DNA of 64,000 nucleotides, from assembly GCA_963764515.1 (NCBI GenBank), contig CAVXSS010000002.1, forward strand, positions 1,313,044 through 1,377,043, read 5' to 3'. The translations under genes were made by a program, and so were the position numbers. The DNA is from an uncultured Chloroflexia bacterium. GTDB lineage: Bacteria > Chloroflexota > Limnocylindria > Limnocylindrales > CSP1-4. The notes below the pieces were generated by a model that saw only the letters and a program-made list of their open reading frames with translations, was not told the DNA's origin and did not search any database. Of the stretch, positions 18,916-29,335 are shown in pieces (positions within the stretch are counted from its first letter, which is position 1; each line of letters begins with the position of its first letter).

Positions 18916-19784
18916 TGACCGGCATCCCGGTCATCGCCCTCGAACCCGCTGTGCGCTTCGGCGCGGGCCGGCGGCCGGAGACCGCGACCCAGGTGCAGAT
19001 GGCCGAGTTCGAGGGGCCGCTGGGCCTGCTGCTGTCACTTATCGAGGCGCGGAAGCTCGACGTGCTGACCGTGCCGCTCGGCGCGCTCGCGGACGCCTAT
19101 CTCGATGCCCTCGCCACTCTGGAGGCCGATCGTCTCGGGAACGTGAGCGCCTTCGTCGCGGTGGCGGGCCAGCTGATCCTCATCAAGAGCCGGGCGATGC
19201 TGCCCCGGTCGCCGGTCGTCGATCCGTCCCTTGGCGACGAGGAGGCGCTGGACCCCGAGGCCGAACTCCGCCGCCGGCTCATCGTCTACCGTGCTCATCG
19301 CGATGCCGGTCTCCGGCTTGCCGAAGTGGCCCTCACCCGGATCGGGCTGTTCCGGAGGGAGCCGTCGGCGGCGCTGGCGACGGCACTCGCCGGAGCGCAA
19401 CCGCTCGACTCCGCCCCGATGGACCCGGAGGGCCTGGTCCGTGCCCTCGACCGCCTGGCCGCGATCACGCCGCCGCTGGAGCCACCGCCCGGGGTCCTGC
19501 CGTCGGTCATCACCCTGACCGAGCGGGCCGAGATCATCCGGTCGGCACTGCGCGACGCGCCGACGATCGTGCTCCAGGAATTGCTGGTGGGCGTGCGCGA
19601 CCGGGTCGTCATCGCGGTGACGTTCCTCGCGCTGCTCGAACTCATGAAGCGGCGTGAGATCGTCGTCTCGCAGGCAGCCCCGTGGGGCCCGATCGTCGCT
19701 CGGGCCACGACCGACGAGGAGCGCGCCGCCGCCGGGTTCGCCGCCGATGCGCCGATCGACGAGTCGCTGGAGTCGTTCGCGTGA
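18915..19784 (+). CDS. scpA: segregation and condensation protein A
   Basis: FEGPLGLLLSLIEARKLDVLTVPLGALADAYL is the ScpA N-terminal signature. Start overlaps the HD-gene stop. Confidence 0.85.
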   Translation: MTGIPVIALEPAVRFGAGRRPETATQVQMAEFEGPLGLLLSLIEARKLDVLTVPLGALADAYLDALATLEADRLGNVSAFVAVAGQLILIKSRAMLPRSPVVDPSLGDEEALDPEAELRRRLIVYRAHRDAGLRLAEVALTRIGLFRREPSAALATALAGAQPLDSAPMDPEGLVRALDRLAAITPPLEPPPGVLPSVITLTERAEIIRSALRDAPTIVLQELLVGVRDRVVIAVTFLALLELMKRREIVVSQAAPWGPIVARATTDEERAAAGFAADAPIDESLESFA

Positions 19785-20533
19785 CCGAGGAGCTGGTTCG
19801 CGCGATCGAGGCGACCGAGGCGAAGGAGTCGGACAAGGCCGCGAACGTGGCGGCGCCCGACGAGCCCGATGGCGCCCATGTGGAGGCGGCCGAGGACCGG
19901 CCGCCCATCGAACTGACCGAGGCGGCCCTGGAGGCACTCCTGTTCGTCGCGGAACGGCCATTGTCACGCCGCGAGATCGCGGCGCTCGCGGTCACCGATC
20001 GCGAGACCGTCGACTCCCGCCTCGGCGATCTCGAGGTGTCGCTGCGCGACCGGGGCATCCGGCTGCTGCTGGACGGGGATCGCGTCGAGCTTGCGACCGC
20101 GGCGGAGGGCGGTGCCCTGGTCGCTCGCTACGTCGGCGCGGACGCCGTCCGCCTGTCACCGGCCTCGCTCGAGACACTGGCGATCGTCGCGTACCGACAG
20201 CCGATCACGAAGTCTGCGGTCGAACGCATCCGCGGTGTCGACTCCGACTACACGATGCGCTCGTTGCTGCATCGGCGCCTCATCGTGGAACTTGGCCGGG
20301 CGGAGACGCCGGGGCGTCCGTTCCTGTACGGGACGGGTTTCGAGTTCCTGGAGCGGTTCGGGATGACCAGCCTGGACGGACTGCCGCCGCTCGACGTCGA
20401 TGTCGCGGCGCGCCTCGCGGAGGAAGGTGGCGAGGGCGTCCAGGCAAGCTTCGCGCTCGACAGCGCCACGTCCCCCGACGGCGCCGCGTCTGCCGATGAT
20501 GCCTCGTCCGCCGATCTGGACCCGTCCGACTGA
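19781..20533 (+). CDS. scpB: segregation and condensation protein B
   Basis: Winged-helix repeats (LEALLFVAERPLSRREIA; LETLAIVAYRQPITKSAVERIRGV). GTGA overlap with scpA. Confidence 0.85.
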   Translation: MTEELVRAIEATEAKESDKAANVAAPDEPDGAHVEAAEDRPPIELTEAALEALLFVAERPLSRREIAALAVTDRETVDSRLGDLEVSLRDRGIRLLLDGDRVELATAAEGGALVARYVGADAVRLSPASLETLAIVAYRQPITKSAVERIRGVDSDYTMRSLLHRRLIVELGRAETPGRPFLYGTGFEFLERFGMTSLDGLPPLDVDVAARLAEEGGEGVQASFALDSATSPDGAASADDASSADLDPSD

Positions 20534-21360
20534 TGCCCGCCGAGCGGCTCCAGAAGGTCCTGGCCGCCGCCGGGGTCGCCTCCCGACGGGCGAGCGAGTC
20601 GCTCATCGCGGAGGGACGCGTGACGGTCGATGGCAAGGTCGCCGGGCTCGGGGCGCAGGTCGATCCGGAGCGTTCGGTGGTGGCCGTGGACGGTCGGGTC
20701 GTCGGCGGAGCGTCCACCCATGCCTACCTCCTCCTGCACAAGCCGGCCGGCGTCACCTCGACCACCCACGATCGTCACGCGGATCGGACCGTCCTCGACC
20801 TCCTGCCGACCGCTCTCGTACCCGAAGGTGCACGGCTCTATCCGGTCGGCCGCCTCGACCAGGATTCGGAGGGGATGCTGCTGCTCACCAACGACGGGGC
20901 GTGGTCGGAGCGCGTGCTGCATCCGCGCTTCGGCGTCGAGCGTGAGTACGCGCTCGGCCTGCGCTCGCCGCTGGTTGCCGACCAGGTCGGCGCCCTCCGC
21001 GCCGGGATCGAGCTCGATGAAGGCCTGGCCGAGCTCACCGGTCTCCGCGCGATGACCGCCCTTGAGGTCGACCGGCTCGTCGCCCTGATGCGGCCGACGC
21101 CGCCCGAGCTCACGTGGTACCGCGCGACCCTCGCCCAGGGCTGGAAACGCCAGCTCCGACGGATGTTCGGGGCTGTCGGTGCACCTGTCGAGCGACTCGT
21201 GCGGGTCCGAATCGGCCCCGTCCGGATCGACGGCCTGCACAGCGGCGCCGTGCGTCCCTTGAAGGCTCCCGAGATCCGCGGCCTCGCCGGCGGCGGCGGT
21301 CGGAGCCGGGACCCGTCCGCCCAGAGGCGGCCTCCCAGTCGCAAGCCGGCGGGCTCGTAG
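20533..21360 (+). CDS. rluB: rRNA pseudouridine synthase (RsuA/RluB family)
   Basis: S4 domain (RLQKVLAAAGVASRRASESLI) plus catalytic YPVGRLDQDSEGMLLLTNDG. TGATG overlap with scpB. Confidence 0.85.
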   Translation: MPAERLQKVLAAAGVASRRASESLIAEGRVTVDGKVAGLGAQVDPERSVVAVDGRVVGGASTHAYLLLHKPAGVTSTTHDRHADRTVLDLLPTALVPEGARLYPVGRLDQDSEGMLLLTNDGAWSERVLHPRFGVEREYALGLRSPLVADQVGALRAGIELDEGLAELTGLRAMTALEVDRLVALMRPTPPELTWYRATLAQGWKRQLRRMFGAVGAPVERLVRVRIGPVRIDGLHSGAVRPLKAPEIRGLAGGGGRSRDPSAQRRPPSRKPAGS

Positions 21361-21377
21361 CGGCTATCCTGCCGCGG

Positions 21378-22076
21378 ATGGATGGTTCGTCGGAGCGGCG
21401 CCGTGGGCTCGTCGTGGCGCTCGATGGGCCCGGGTCGTCGGGCAAGAGCAGCGTCGGGGCCGCGGCGGCGGCCGAACTCGGCTATCGCTTCTGCGACACG
21501 GGCCTGCTCTACCGGGCGGTGACGTGGCTGGCGGAGCATCGTGGCGTCGAGGTCGATGACCCGGTGGCCCTGAGCGCACTCGTCGACGAAGTCGAACTCG
21601 CCGCGGACGAGAAAGGTCGGCTGTCGCGGGTGCTGGTCGATGGCGTGGATCACACCGACGACGCGCGCGGCCCGGCGGTCGATGCCGCCGTCTCCACGGT
21701 CTCGGCCGTGCCCGAGCTTCGGACGGCGCTCCTGGCTCGACAGCGGGACCTCGCCGAAGACGGAGGGATCGTGATGGCCGGCCGGGACATCGGGACGGTG
21801 GTGCTGCCGCATGCCGACCTCAAGATCTTCCTCGACGCATCGGTGGAGGAGCGGGCCCGCCGGCGAACCCATGAGCGCGGCCTCGACCTCGATGGGCCCG
21901 AGGCCGAGGAGATCGAGGCGGCGTTGCGCCGCCGCGACGAGCTGGACCGCAACCGCGCGGTGGCGCCGCTTCGGCCGGCGACGGACGCGCGGATCATCGT
22001 GACCGACGGCAATCGCTTCCAGGACACGGTCGCGGCGGTCGCCAACGCGATCCGCGACGTGGAGGCCCGCCGGTGA
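21378..22076 (+). CDS. cmk: cytidylate kinase
   Basis: P-loop VVALDGPGSSGKSSVGAAAAAELGYRFCDTGLLYRA is the classic Cmk N-terminus. Confidence 0.9.
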   Translation: MDGSSERRRGLVVALDGPGSSGKSSVGAAAAAELGYRFCDTGLLYRAVTWLAEHRGVEVDDPVALSALVDEVELAADEKGRLSRVLVDGVDHTDDARGPAVDAAVSTVSAVPELRTALLARQRDLAEDGGIVMAGRDIGTVVLPHADLKIFLDASVEERARRRTHERGLDLDGPEAEEIEAALRRRDELDRNRAVAPLRPATDARIIVTDGNRFQDTVAAVANAIRDVEARR

Positions 22077-22840
22077 CCGGCCAGGGTGACGGCGCCGACG
22101 GCCGCACGAGGCACACTGACTCCGCCCCCGGTCCTGAACCGATCGATGGCTCGACGACCCCGCTCATCAGGACGATGGCCTTCGGGGCGCGCCTCTTCGC
22201 CCGGGGCATGTCGCGGATCCGGATCGAGGGGCCGATCGACGAGATCCCGCGCGATGGCCCGCTGATCATCGCGTCGAATCACGCCTCCAACTTCGACGCG
22301 GTCGTGCTGGGTGCATGGCTCACGCCGGCGCTGGGCCGGCGGATCCACTGGCTCGGCAAGCGGGAGCTGTTCGACTGGCCGGTGGTCGGCTGGATGGCGC
22401 GGAACGGCGGGGTCCATCCGGTCGATCGCGATGCCGCGGACGTCGAGGCCTTCCGGCTGGCCAAGCGCATCCTGGACGAGGGCAACGTCCTGTTCGTCTT
22501 CCCCGAGGGGACGCGGAGCCCCGACGGCGCGCTCCAGGCGGCCCGCGACGGGGTGGCCCTGCTGGCCCTCCGGACCGGCGCGCCGATCGTGCCGATCGGG
22601 ATCGGCGGATCGAACGAGGTCTGGCCACGAGGCCAGCGGCTGCCGCATCCTGGTGGCCGGGTCACCGTCCGCGTCGGTCGCCCGTTCCGCGTCGCCGACG
22701 AGGTCCCGCCCGGGACGGACCGTCGAACGGCCAAGGGTCTCGCCACCGAGATCATCATGCGCCGGATCGCGGAGCTCCTGCCGCCCGGCCAGCGCGGCCT
22801 ATACGGCACCCCGCCGACCGTCCCGAAGCCCGCGCGCTGA
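22073..22840 (+). CDS. plsC: 1-acyl-sn-glycerol-3-phosphate acyltransferase
   Basis: Acyltransferase HxxxxD (ASNHASNFD) and FPEGTRS motifs. GTGA overlap with cmk. Confidence 0.8.
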   Translation: MTGQGDGADGRTRHTDSAPGPEPIDGSTTPLIRTMAFGARLFARGMSRIRIEGPIDEIPRDGPLIIASNHASNFDAVVLGAWLTPALGRRIHWLGKRELFDWPVVGWMARNGGVHPVDRDAADVEAFRLAKRILDEGNVLFVFPEGTRSPDGALQAARDGVALLALRTGAPIVPIGIGGSNEVWPRGQRLPHPGGRVTVRVGRPFRVADEVPPGTDRRTAKGLATEIIMRRIAELLPPGQRGLYGTPPTVPKPAR

Positions 22841-22887
22841 CCGGCCGCCGGGGAGGGCTGACGAGGGTCCCGTGTGATAATCGATGC

Positions 22888-23868
22888 ATGGGAACCGTTC
22901 AGGAAGTCCGCATCGCCAGGCGAACCGGCTTCTGCTATGGCGTGCGCGAGGCGATCGACAAGGCGAAGGAATCCGCGGCCGCGGGCAAGTCGACGCACAC
23001 GCTCGGGCAGGTCGTCCACAACGACGGCGTCGTGCGCGAGCTCCAGGACCTGGGGATCGAGACGGTCGATACGCTCGACGACGTCGACCACGGCGCCGCG
23101 GTCGTCATCCGCGCCCACGGCGTTCGCCCGGACGTCCTCGATCGCGCCGAGGCCAAGGGTCTCGAGGTCATCGACGGGACGTGCACCTGGGTCATCGCCG
23201 AACAGCGGGAGCTGCGCAAGCTCGTCGACGAGGGCTACACGATCGTCCTCCTGGGCACGCCCAACCACCCCGAGGTCGTCGGCCTCCTGGGCTTCGCGCC
23301 GGAGGTCATCGTGGTCGACGAGGAAGAGGAGTGGGACACCGCAGTCCCGCGGCGCAAGAAACTCGCCCTCATCAGCCAGTCGACCCAGCCGCCCTGGAAG
23401 TTCGAGCGGCTCGCGGCCCTGATGGTCGGGCGGTCCCACGAGCTCAAGATCGTCAACACGGTCTGCCCCGTCACGATCCGGCGCCAGGAGGACACGATGG
23501 AGCTGGCGCACGAGGTGGACCTGATGGTCGTCGTCGGCGGCCGCTCGAGTGCGAACACGAAGGAGCTGACGCGCCTGTGCGAGATCGCCGGCAAGCCCGC
23601 GATCCAGATCCAGGGCGTGGCAGACCTCTCCGACGGCACGGACTTCCATGGCGCCAGGTTGGTCGGTGTCACCGGCGGCACCTCGACCCCGATCGAGGAC
23701 CTGCGCGAGGTGGCGTACTGGATCCTGGCCCACGCGGGTACCGCGGCCGCACAGGCTGACGCCGCGAACCTCGCCGATGCCGCGCTGGCGGGCGCCGCGA
23801 CACCGGCGGGACGGACGACCTCGTTGCCCGACCTCTCGCGCGCCGTCACCACGTCCGGCGCCGCCTGA
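22888..23868 (+). CDS. ispH: 4-hydroxy-3-methylbut-2-enyl diphosphate reductase
   Basis: [10 protein letters not shown], conserved Cys ligands, SSANTKEL and VTGGTSTP motifs of IspH/LytB. The table ORF has a long spurious N-extension. Confidence 0.9.
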   Translation: MGTVQEVRIARRTGFCYGVREAIDKAKESAAAGKSTHTLGQVVHNDGVVRELQDLGIETVDTLDDVDHGAAVVIRAHGVRPDVLDRAEAKGLEVIDGTCTWVIAEQRELRKLVDEGYTIVLLGTPNHPEVVGLLGFAPEVIVVDEEEEWDTAVPRRKKLALISQSTQPPWKFERLAALMVGRSHELKIVNTVCPVTIRRQEDTMELAHEVDLMVVVGGRSSANTKELTRLCEIAGKPAIQIQGVADLSDGTDFHGARLVGVTGGTSTPIEDLREVAYWILAHAGTAAAQADAANLADAALAGAATPAGRTTSLPDLSRAVTTSGAA

Positions 23869-23872
23869 CCCG

Positions 23873-25483
23873 GTGGCCGCGCATTCGGGCGGGCTCCCGG
23901 TCGTCGCCGTCGTCGGCCGACCGAACGTCGGCAAGAGCACGCTCTTCAACCGGATCGTCGGCGGCCGCACGGCAATCGTCGAGGATCGCGCCCACACGAC
24001 GCGCGACCGCCTCTACGGCGACGCCGAGTGGAACGGCCGGCGTTTCGTGCTGGTCGACACGGGCGGCCTGGAGCTCGACCCGGACGACCTGATCGAGGCG
24101 GCGGTCCAGGACCAGGCCAGACTCGCGATCGCCGAGGCGGACGTCATCGTGCTCGTGGTCGATGCCGTGGTGGGGCTGACCCCGCCCGACGAGGAGGCGG
24201 CCGACATCCTGCGCCGCGCCAAGGCCCCGGTCATCGTCGCGGTCAACAAGGCCGACAACGAGAAGCGCGAGCTCGAAGGGGCCGAGTTCCATGCTCTCGG
24301 CTGGGACGAGACCTACGCGATCTCCGCGACCCACGGCCGGGGCACCGGCGACCTGCTCGATGCGATCGTCTGGGCCCTGCCGCCCGAGAGCGAGCAGGAG
24401 CTCGCCCGCAAGGCGCGCGAGGCCGAGGCCGACGCCTGGGCCGATGAGGTCGCGGCCGGGCGGCTCGAGCCGTACGTCGTGGGCGACGCCGACGCGGACG
24501 AGACCGACGGTGACGACGCCGAGCCCGATATCGACCTCGCCGCCGTGGACCCAGAGGCGGCTCGCTGGGACGCCGCGATGGCCGCCGAGTCCGAGCAGGA
24601 GCCCGCCGCGATCGCGTTCGTCGGGCGCCCGAACGTCGGCAAGTCGAGCCTGCTCAACGCGCTCCTGGGCGAGGAGCGGGTCATCGTGTCGGAGATCCCG
24701 GGCACGACGCGCGACTCGATCGATACGCGCCTTGCGTGGGGTCGCAGCGAGATCGTCCTCATCGACACGGCCGGCATCCGTCGTCGAGGGAAGGTGGCGG
24801 GCGGTCCGGCAGCCGAGCGCTACTCGACGCTGCGCGCGCTCCACGCCCTCACCCGCGCGGACGTCGCGGTGCTGGTCATCGATGCGGTCGAGGGGCTGAC
24901 GTCGCAGGACGCCCACGTGGCGGGCTACGTGGTGGAGGAGGGGAAGGGCCTGGTCATCGCGGTCAACAAGTGGGACCTCGTGGCCGACAAGACCGACCGC
25001 ACCTTCGACCAGTACACCGAGTGGATCCGCAACGAGGTCCCGTTCCTCGACTTCGCCCCGATCCTCTCGATCAGCGCCAAGACCGGCCAGCGCGTGGGAC
25101 GCGTCCTCGAGGCCGCGGTCGACATCTGGGCCGAGCGCCGCAAACGCGTCTCGACCGGCGAGCTCAACCGCATGCTGATGACCGCCACGGAACGGACGCC
25201 GCCACCGCCCGTGCGTGGCCGGCGACCGAAGATCTTCTATGCCACGCAGGCGGCCGTGGCCCCGCCGACGTTCGTGTTCTTCGCCTCGGACGGGTCGGCC
25301 GTCCACTTCAGCTATCGCCGATACCTCGAGAACCAGCTGCGCGAGACGTTCGGCTTCGACGGGACGCCGATCAAGCTCGTGTTCCGCGACCGGTCGTCGG
25401 TCAAGCTGCCTCGGCGCAAGAGGCGGGCTCCGGCGAAGCCCGCACGGCGCGCCAGCGCGGGGAAGACCCGCCGCTCCCGCTGA
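23873..25483 (+). CDS. der: ribosome biogenesis GTPase Der (EngA)
   Basis: Two GTPase domains ([12 protein letters not shown] and [12 protein letters not shown]) and a KH-like C-terminus. An acidic insertion lies between the G-domains. GTG start. Confidence 0.9.
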   Translation: MAAHSGGLPVVAVVGRPNVGKSTLFNRIVGGRTAIVEDRAHTTRDRLYGDAEWNGRRFVLVDTGGLELDPDDLIEAAVQDQARLAIAEADVIVLVVDAVVGLTPPDEEAADILRRAKAPVIVAVNKADNEKRELEGAEFHALGWDETYAISATHGRGTGDLLDAIVWALPPESEQELARKAREAEADAWADEVAAGRLEPYVVGDADADETDGDDAEPDIDLAAVDPEAARWDAAMAAESEQEPAAIAFVGRPNVGKSSLLNALLGEERVIVSEIPGTTRDSIDTRLAWGRSEIVLIDTAGIRRRGKVAGGPAAERYSTLRALHALTRADVAVLVIDAVEGLTSQDAHVAGYVVEEGKGLVIAVNKWDLVADKTDRTFDQYTEWIRNEVPFLDFAPILSISAKTGQRVGRVLEAAVDIWAERRKRVSTGELNRMLMTATERTPPPPVRGRRPKIFYATQAAVAPPTFVFFASDGSAVHFSYRRYLENQLRETFGFDGTPIKLVFRDRSSVKLPRRKRRAPAKPARRASAGKTRRSR

Positions 25484-25570
25484 TGGCCGGCCCGCGGGTC
25501 GCGGGTGGTCGGCGCGGGGTAGGGAGGCCCCGAGGGCGGTTCAGGTGGGGTGCTAGACTTCGCGGTCTGG

Positions 25571-25647
25571 CGGGGCGTGGCGCAGTCTGGTAGCGCACCA
25601 GTCTGGGGGACTGGTGGTCGTCGGTTCAAATCCGGCCGCCCCGACCA
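25571..25647 (+). tRNA. tRNA-Pro (anticodon GGG)
   Basis: Cloverleaf: acceptor CGGGGCG/CGCCCCG, D-arm GCGC..GCGC, anticodon stem CCAGT/ACTGG, loop CTGGGGG, T-arm GTCGG-TTCAAAT-CCGGC, 3' ACCA. Confidence 0.9.
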
Positions 25648-25662
25648 TTCGTACACATCACG

Positions 25663-25818
25663 ATGAAGCGACTGATCTCCGCGATCGTGATCGCCCTGCT
25701 GCTTGCGGCTTGCACGGCGCCCCCAGGCGCGACGCCCCTGGCGCCAGCATCGGCCGCACCCGCAGCCTCGGGCGCACCCGCCTCGGGCGCACCAGCCCCA
25801 ACGAAAGCAGGCTATTAG
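25663..25818 (+). CDS. putative small lipoprotein (51 aa)
   Basis: ATG 15 nt after the tRNA. MKRLISAIVIALLLAAC has a lipobox. The remainder is an A/P/S-rich tail. Not in the ORF table (below size cut-off). Speculative. Confidence 0.3.
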   Translation: MKRLISAIVIALLLAACTAPPGATPLAPASAAPAASGAPASGAPAPTKAGY

Positions 25819-25859
25819 CCCTCCCGTCGCGATCGCTCACTCCCGGAGCGCCAGCGACG

Positions 25860-26112
25860 CAGAGGTAGGGCCTGCCGGCCGCATCCAGGTTGCCCATGGT
25901 TGGCGCTGCAGAACGACGCCTCAGGGGTTGCCCCGATGACTGCCAGTCACGAATCACTGTATGGCGAACCTTCAGGCGGCACTCCGGGACCGTTCGTGCG
26001 AGAGGGCGCGACTGTCAGTCACCAAACCCTGCGTCGGACGTCCTCCAAGGGCCGCGTCTTCGATCCGGCGCACGAAACCGTGACTGCTGGTCACGCCACT
26101 CGGGCGGCGACG
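25860..26112. repeat. cluster of palindromic repeats (locus b of the dispersed family)
   Basis: Three units with cores TGACTGcCAGTCA, GACTGtCAGTC and GTGACtgctgGTCAC, each followed by GAAWC. ORFs predicted here translate to repetitive T(A/V)SH peptides, so the region is taken as non-coding. Confidence 0.5.
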
Positions 26113-26120
26113 GTGAGTGG

Positions 26121-26540
26121 CTACTCCTTGCCCTCGGGATCGAGCGCCAGGGCCGCCGAATTGATGCAGTAGCGGAGGCCGGTCGGGTTCGGACCATCGT
26201 CGAAGACGTGGCCGAGATGGCCGCCGCAGGTCGCACACATCGCCTCGGTCCGGGTCATGAAGAAGGAGCGATCGGTCTCGGTCGCCACGGCGCCCGGGTC
26301 CGCGGGCGCGAAGAAGCTCGGCCAGCCCGTGCCGGACTCGAATTTGGTCTCGGAACGGAACAGCTCCGTCCCGCAGCCGGCGCATCGATACGTGCCGGCT
26401 CGATGTTCGTCCCACAGGTCCCCGCTGAAGGCGCGTTCGGTGCCCTTCTGGCGAAGCACCCGGTACTGCTCGGGAGTGAGTTCGGCACGCCATTCGGCGT
26501 CGGTCTTGTGCTGCGCTGACTCGCGCTTGGTGTCTGTCAT
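26121..26540 (-). CDS. msrB: peptide-methionine (R)-S-oxide reductase
   Basis: Two CxxC pairs (CAGCGTELF and [12 protein letters not shown]) with RYCINSAAL. Start taken at MTDTKRE. Confidence 0.9.
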   Translation of the reverse strand: MTDTKRESAQHKTDAEWRAELTPEQYRVLRQKGTERAFSGDLWDEHRAGTYRCAGCGTELFRSETKFESGTGWPSFFAPADPGAVATETDRSFFMTRTEAMCATCGGHLGHVFDDGPNPTGLRYCINSAALALDPEGKE

Positions 26541-26593
26541 GGGCACATGATGGCATCGGACTGTGGCGCCCTGATGACGGCGCTCCACGCCGC

Positions 26594-27793
26594 ATGCAGT
26601 GTTTTCATCGATTGCGGCGTTTCGCCGCTGCAGGTAGCGTCGGGTCGGAGCCCCGCCGTGGCCCCATGCGTCGTGGCGATGGGCGGGCGATGTCGCACGA
26701 GGGGACCACGTGGCTGGGGAAGAACCGAATGACGACGGCTCTCGGTCCGGTCAGCGACCGGAGGGCTCCGGCGAGCCGTCAGGTCGTCGATCCCGGACGA
26801 GCGCTGAGGTCCGATCAGGCCGCCGCCGACATGGATCAGACGTCCTCGGATGCGGATCAGACATCGTCCGATGCCGACCAGGCAGCCTCGGCGACGGATC
26901 AGCGGAGTGCCGATCGGGACCAGCAGGCGTCGGACCGTGACCAGGCAGCGGCCGACCGCGATCACGGTGCCGGGACTCCGACGGCCCTTGGCGAACGCGC
27001 CTACCTCGCGTCGCGCGAGGAGCGAGAGACCGTCACGGTCGAACGTCAGGGCAACGAGCTCCAACGCCAGGCAACGACACGGGACCGGGAGGAGACGGCA
27101 CGGGACCGTGATCGGGTCGCCGACGCACGGGACGAGGCCGCTCGCGATCGCGACAAGGAGACGGCTCGCCTGATCGGGGACGCGGCTGAACCTGGGTCGT
27201 CGCTCATCGATCAGCTGGAGCGCCTCAGTACGGAAGCAGCTGCCGATCGGGCGCGCGCGGCGGGAGATCGGGCGCGGGCCGCGCGTGATCGGCTGAACGC
27301 TGCCCGCGAGCGGCAGCGGCTCGAAGCCGAGCTGCAGGCGGTCCACCTCGACGAGCTGACCGGTGCGTACCGCCGCGAGCTGGGCCAGCTGGCACTCACC
27401 CACGAGATCGACCGGGCGCGACGCTCGGACGGCCGATTCATCCTGGTGTTCGTGGACGTGGACCGGCTCAAGGCCGTGAACGACCGCGAAGGCCATGCCG
27501 CGGGCGATCGTGTGCTGCAGGTGGTGGCCCACGCGCTCCAGACGAGGCTGCGCTCGTTCGACCCGATCGTCCGATACGGGGGCGACGAGTTCGTGTGCGG
27601 GCTGGGCGGCGCGGACATCGCCGAGGTGTCGCGGCGCTTCGATTCGATCGTCGAGGCGATCCAGGCGGAGGTCCGCGGCGGGATCAGTTTCGGCATGGCG
27701 ACGCTCGCGGCCGACGACACGCTCGAACAGCTGATCGATCGCGCAGATGTGGCGATGCTCCAGGCGAGAGCCGACCGCCAAGCTCGCGACTGA
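26594..27793 (+). CDS. diguanylate cyclase (GGDEF domain) with N-terminal charged heptad-repeat/coiled-coil region
   Basis: C-terminal GGDEF domain ([11 protein letters not shown], with [16 protein letters not shown] upstream). The N-terminal ~180 aa is D/R/Q/A-rich, with seven DxDQxxS heptads. The start may be at 26690. Confidence 0.8.
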   Translation: MQCFHRLRRFAAAGSVGSEPRRGPMRRGDGRAMSHEGTTWLGKNRMTTALGPVSDRRAPASRQVVDPGRALRSDQAAADMDQTSSDADQTSSDADQAASATDQRSADRDQQASDRDQAAADRDHGAGTPTALGERAYLASREERETVTVERQGNELQRQATTRDREETARDRDRVADARDEAARDRDKETARLIGDAAEPGSSLIDQLERLSTEAAADRARAAGDRARAARDRLNAARERQRLEAELQAVHLDELTGAYRRELGQLALTHEIDRARRSDGRFILVFVDVDRLKAVNDREGHAAGDRVLQVVAHALQTRLRSFDPIVRYGGDEFVCGLGGADIAEVSRRFDSIVEAIQAEVRGGISFGMATLAADDTLEQLIDRADVAMLQARADRQARD

Positions 27794-27835
27794 CGCGGCG
27801 CGACGTCGCGGATTCTCGCGACGTAGCATGGCCCG

Positions 27836-29335
27836 ATGAGCGACGAACCCCCGGACAGCCCGCCCCGGACCACTCATCCCGAGCTCGGCGACATGTCCGT
27901 CGCCGACTTCCGCGCCGCCGCGCACACGGTCGTGGACGTGATGGCGGACTACCTCGGGTCCATCGAGGATCGGGCCGTCTTTCCCGGCATCGAACCCGGC
28001 TCGTTGCGACCGCTGTTCCCGACCGCCGCGCCCGAGCACTCCGAACCGCTCGAGGCCATCCTCGACGATTACCGGCGCCTGGTCGAACCCAACGCCACAC
28101 ACTGGCAGCATCCGGGGTTCCTGGCCTATTTCGCGACGAGCGCGTCCGGACCCGGGATCCTGGGCGAGATGCTCACCGCGACCCTGGGGCAGAACCCGAT
28201 GCTGTGGCGCACCTCGCCGATCGGCACGGAACTCGAGGAGGTCGTCGTCGACTGGCTACGCCAGGCGCTGGGCCTCCCTGACACGTTTGGCGGGCTGCTC
28301 ACCGACACGGCCTCGACCTCATCTCTGATCGCGCTTGCGGGCGCCCGGCAGGCGGCGGGCGTTGACGCCGCGGCCCTGGGCCTGACCGGGCGACCGGACC
28401 TCCCCGCGCTCCGCGTCTACGCCTCGACCGAAGCCCACAGCTCGATCGAAAAGGCGTGCATGACCCTCGGCCTGGGTCGGGCCGCGCTCGCTCGCGTCGC
28501 GGTCGACGACGACTACGAGATGCGGCCAGACGCGCTTGCGGCTGTCATCGCCGCCGATCGTGCCGCCGGACACCGGCCCATCGCGATCGTCGCGACGGTC
28601 GGGACCACCTCATCGACGTCGGTCGACCCCGTCAACGCCATCGCCCGGATCGCCGAGCGCGAAGGGCTCTGGCTGCACATCGATGCGGCGTACGCGGGAG
28701 TCGTCGCCCTGCTGCCGGACCGTCGCTCGCCGTTCGCCGGCTGGGAGCGCGCGGACTCGATCGTCATCAACCCCCACAAGTGGCTGTTCACGCCGCTCGA
28801 CGCGTCCCTCCTGCTCAGCCGGCGGATGGACGTGCTGCGGGCGGCGTTCAGCCTGGTCCCGGAGTACCTGCTCACGCTCGACCGGACGACGCCGGTCCAC
28901 GACTACAACGAGTACACGCCGCAGCTGGGTCGCCGCTTCCGGGCCCTGAAGCTCTGGATCCAGCTCCGATGGTTCGGCCTCGAGGGGCTCCGGCGGCGCA
29001 TCGAGCGGCACCTGGAGCTCGCGCAGTGGTTCGCCGGGCAGGTCGACGCCGCGGCGGACTGGGAGCGCCTGGCACCGGTCCCGTTCTCGACCGTGTGCTT
29101 CCGCTGGCACCCGCCGGGCTGGGGAGGCACCGAGGAGGCGTTGGATGCGGCCAACGCCACGATCATGGATGCCGTCAACCGGACGGGCGAGGTCTTCCTC
29201 TCCCACACGCGGCTGGGCGGCCGGTTCACCATCCGCGTCTCGATCGGTAACCTCCGCACCGAGGCGCGGCACGTCGAACGGGCGTGGGAGCTGCTTCGCG
29301 CCGCGGCGGCGACGGTGGAGGCCGGCACCGCGTGA
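27836..29335 (+). CDS. pyridoxal-dependent decarboxylase (group II, aromatic-L-amino-acid decarboxylase-like)
   Basis: NPHKWLFTPLDASLLL (PLP-lysine region) and overall group II decarboxylase architecture. 499 aa. Confidence 0.85.
   Translation: MSDEPPDSPPRTTHPELGDMSVADFRAAAHTVVDVMADYLGSIEDRAVFPGIEPGSLRPLFPTAAPEHSEPLEAILDDYRRLVEPNATHWQHPGFLAYFATSASGPGILGEMLTATLGQNPMLWRTSPIGTELEEVVVDWLRQALGLPDTFGGLLTDTASTSSLIALAGARQAAGVDAAALGLTGRPDLPALRVYASTEAHSSIEKACMTLGLGRAALARVAVDDDYEMRPDALAAVIAADRAAGHRPIAIVATVGTTSSTSVDPVNAIARIAEREGLWLHIDAAYAGVVALLPDRRSPFAGWERADSIVINPHKWLFTPLDASLLLSRRMDVLRAAFSLVPEYLLTLDRTTPVHDYNEYTPQLGRRFRALKLWIQLRWFGLEGLRRRIERHLELAQWFAGQVDAAADWERLAPVPFSTVCFRWHPPGWGGTEEALDAANATIMDAVNRTGEVFLSHTRLGGRFTIRVSIGNLRTEARHVERAWELLRAAAATVEAGTA

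Noticed and set aside
25900-26172. 90-aa ORF, and the 32659-33081 ORFs, inside the repeat clusters
   Set aside because: The translated products are reiterated T(A/V)SH(E/Q)S peptides that mirror the DNA repeats. There is no start context and they overlap the palindromes.
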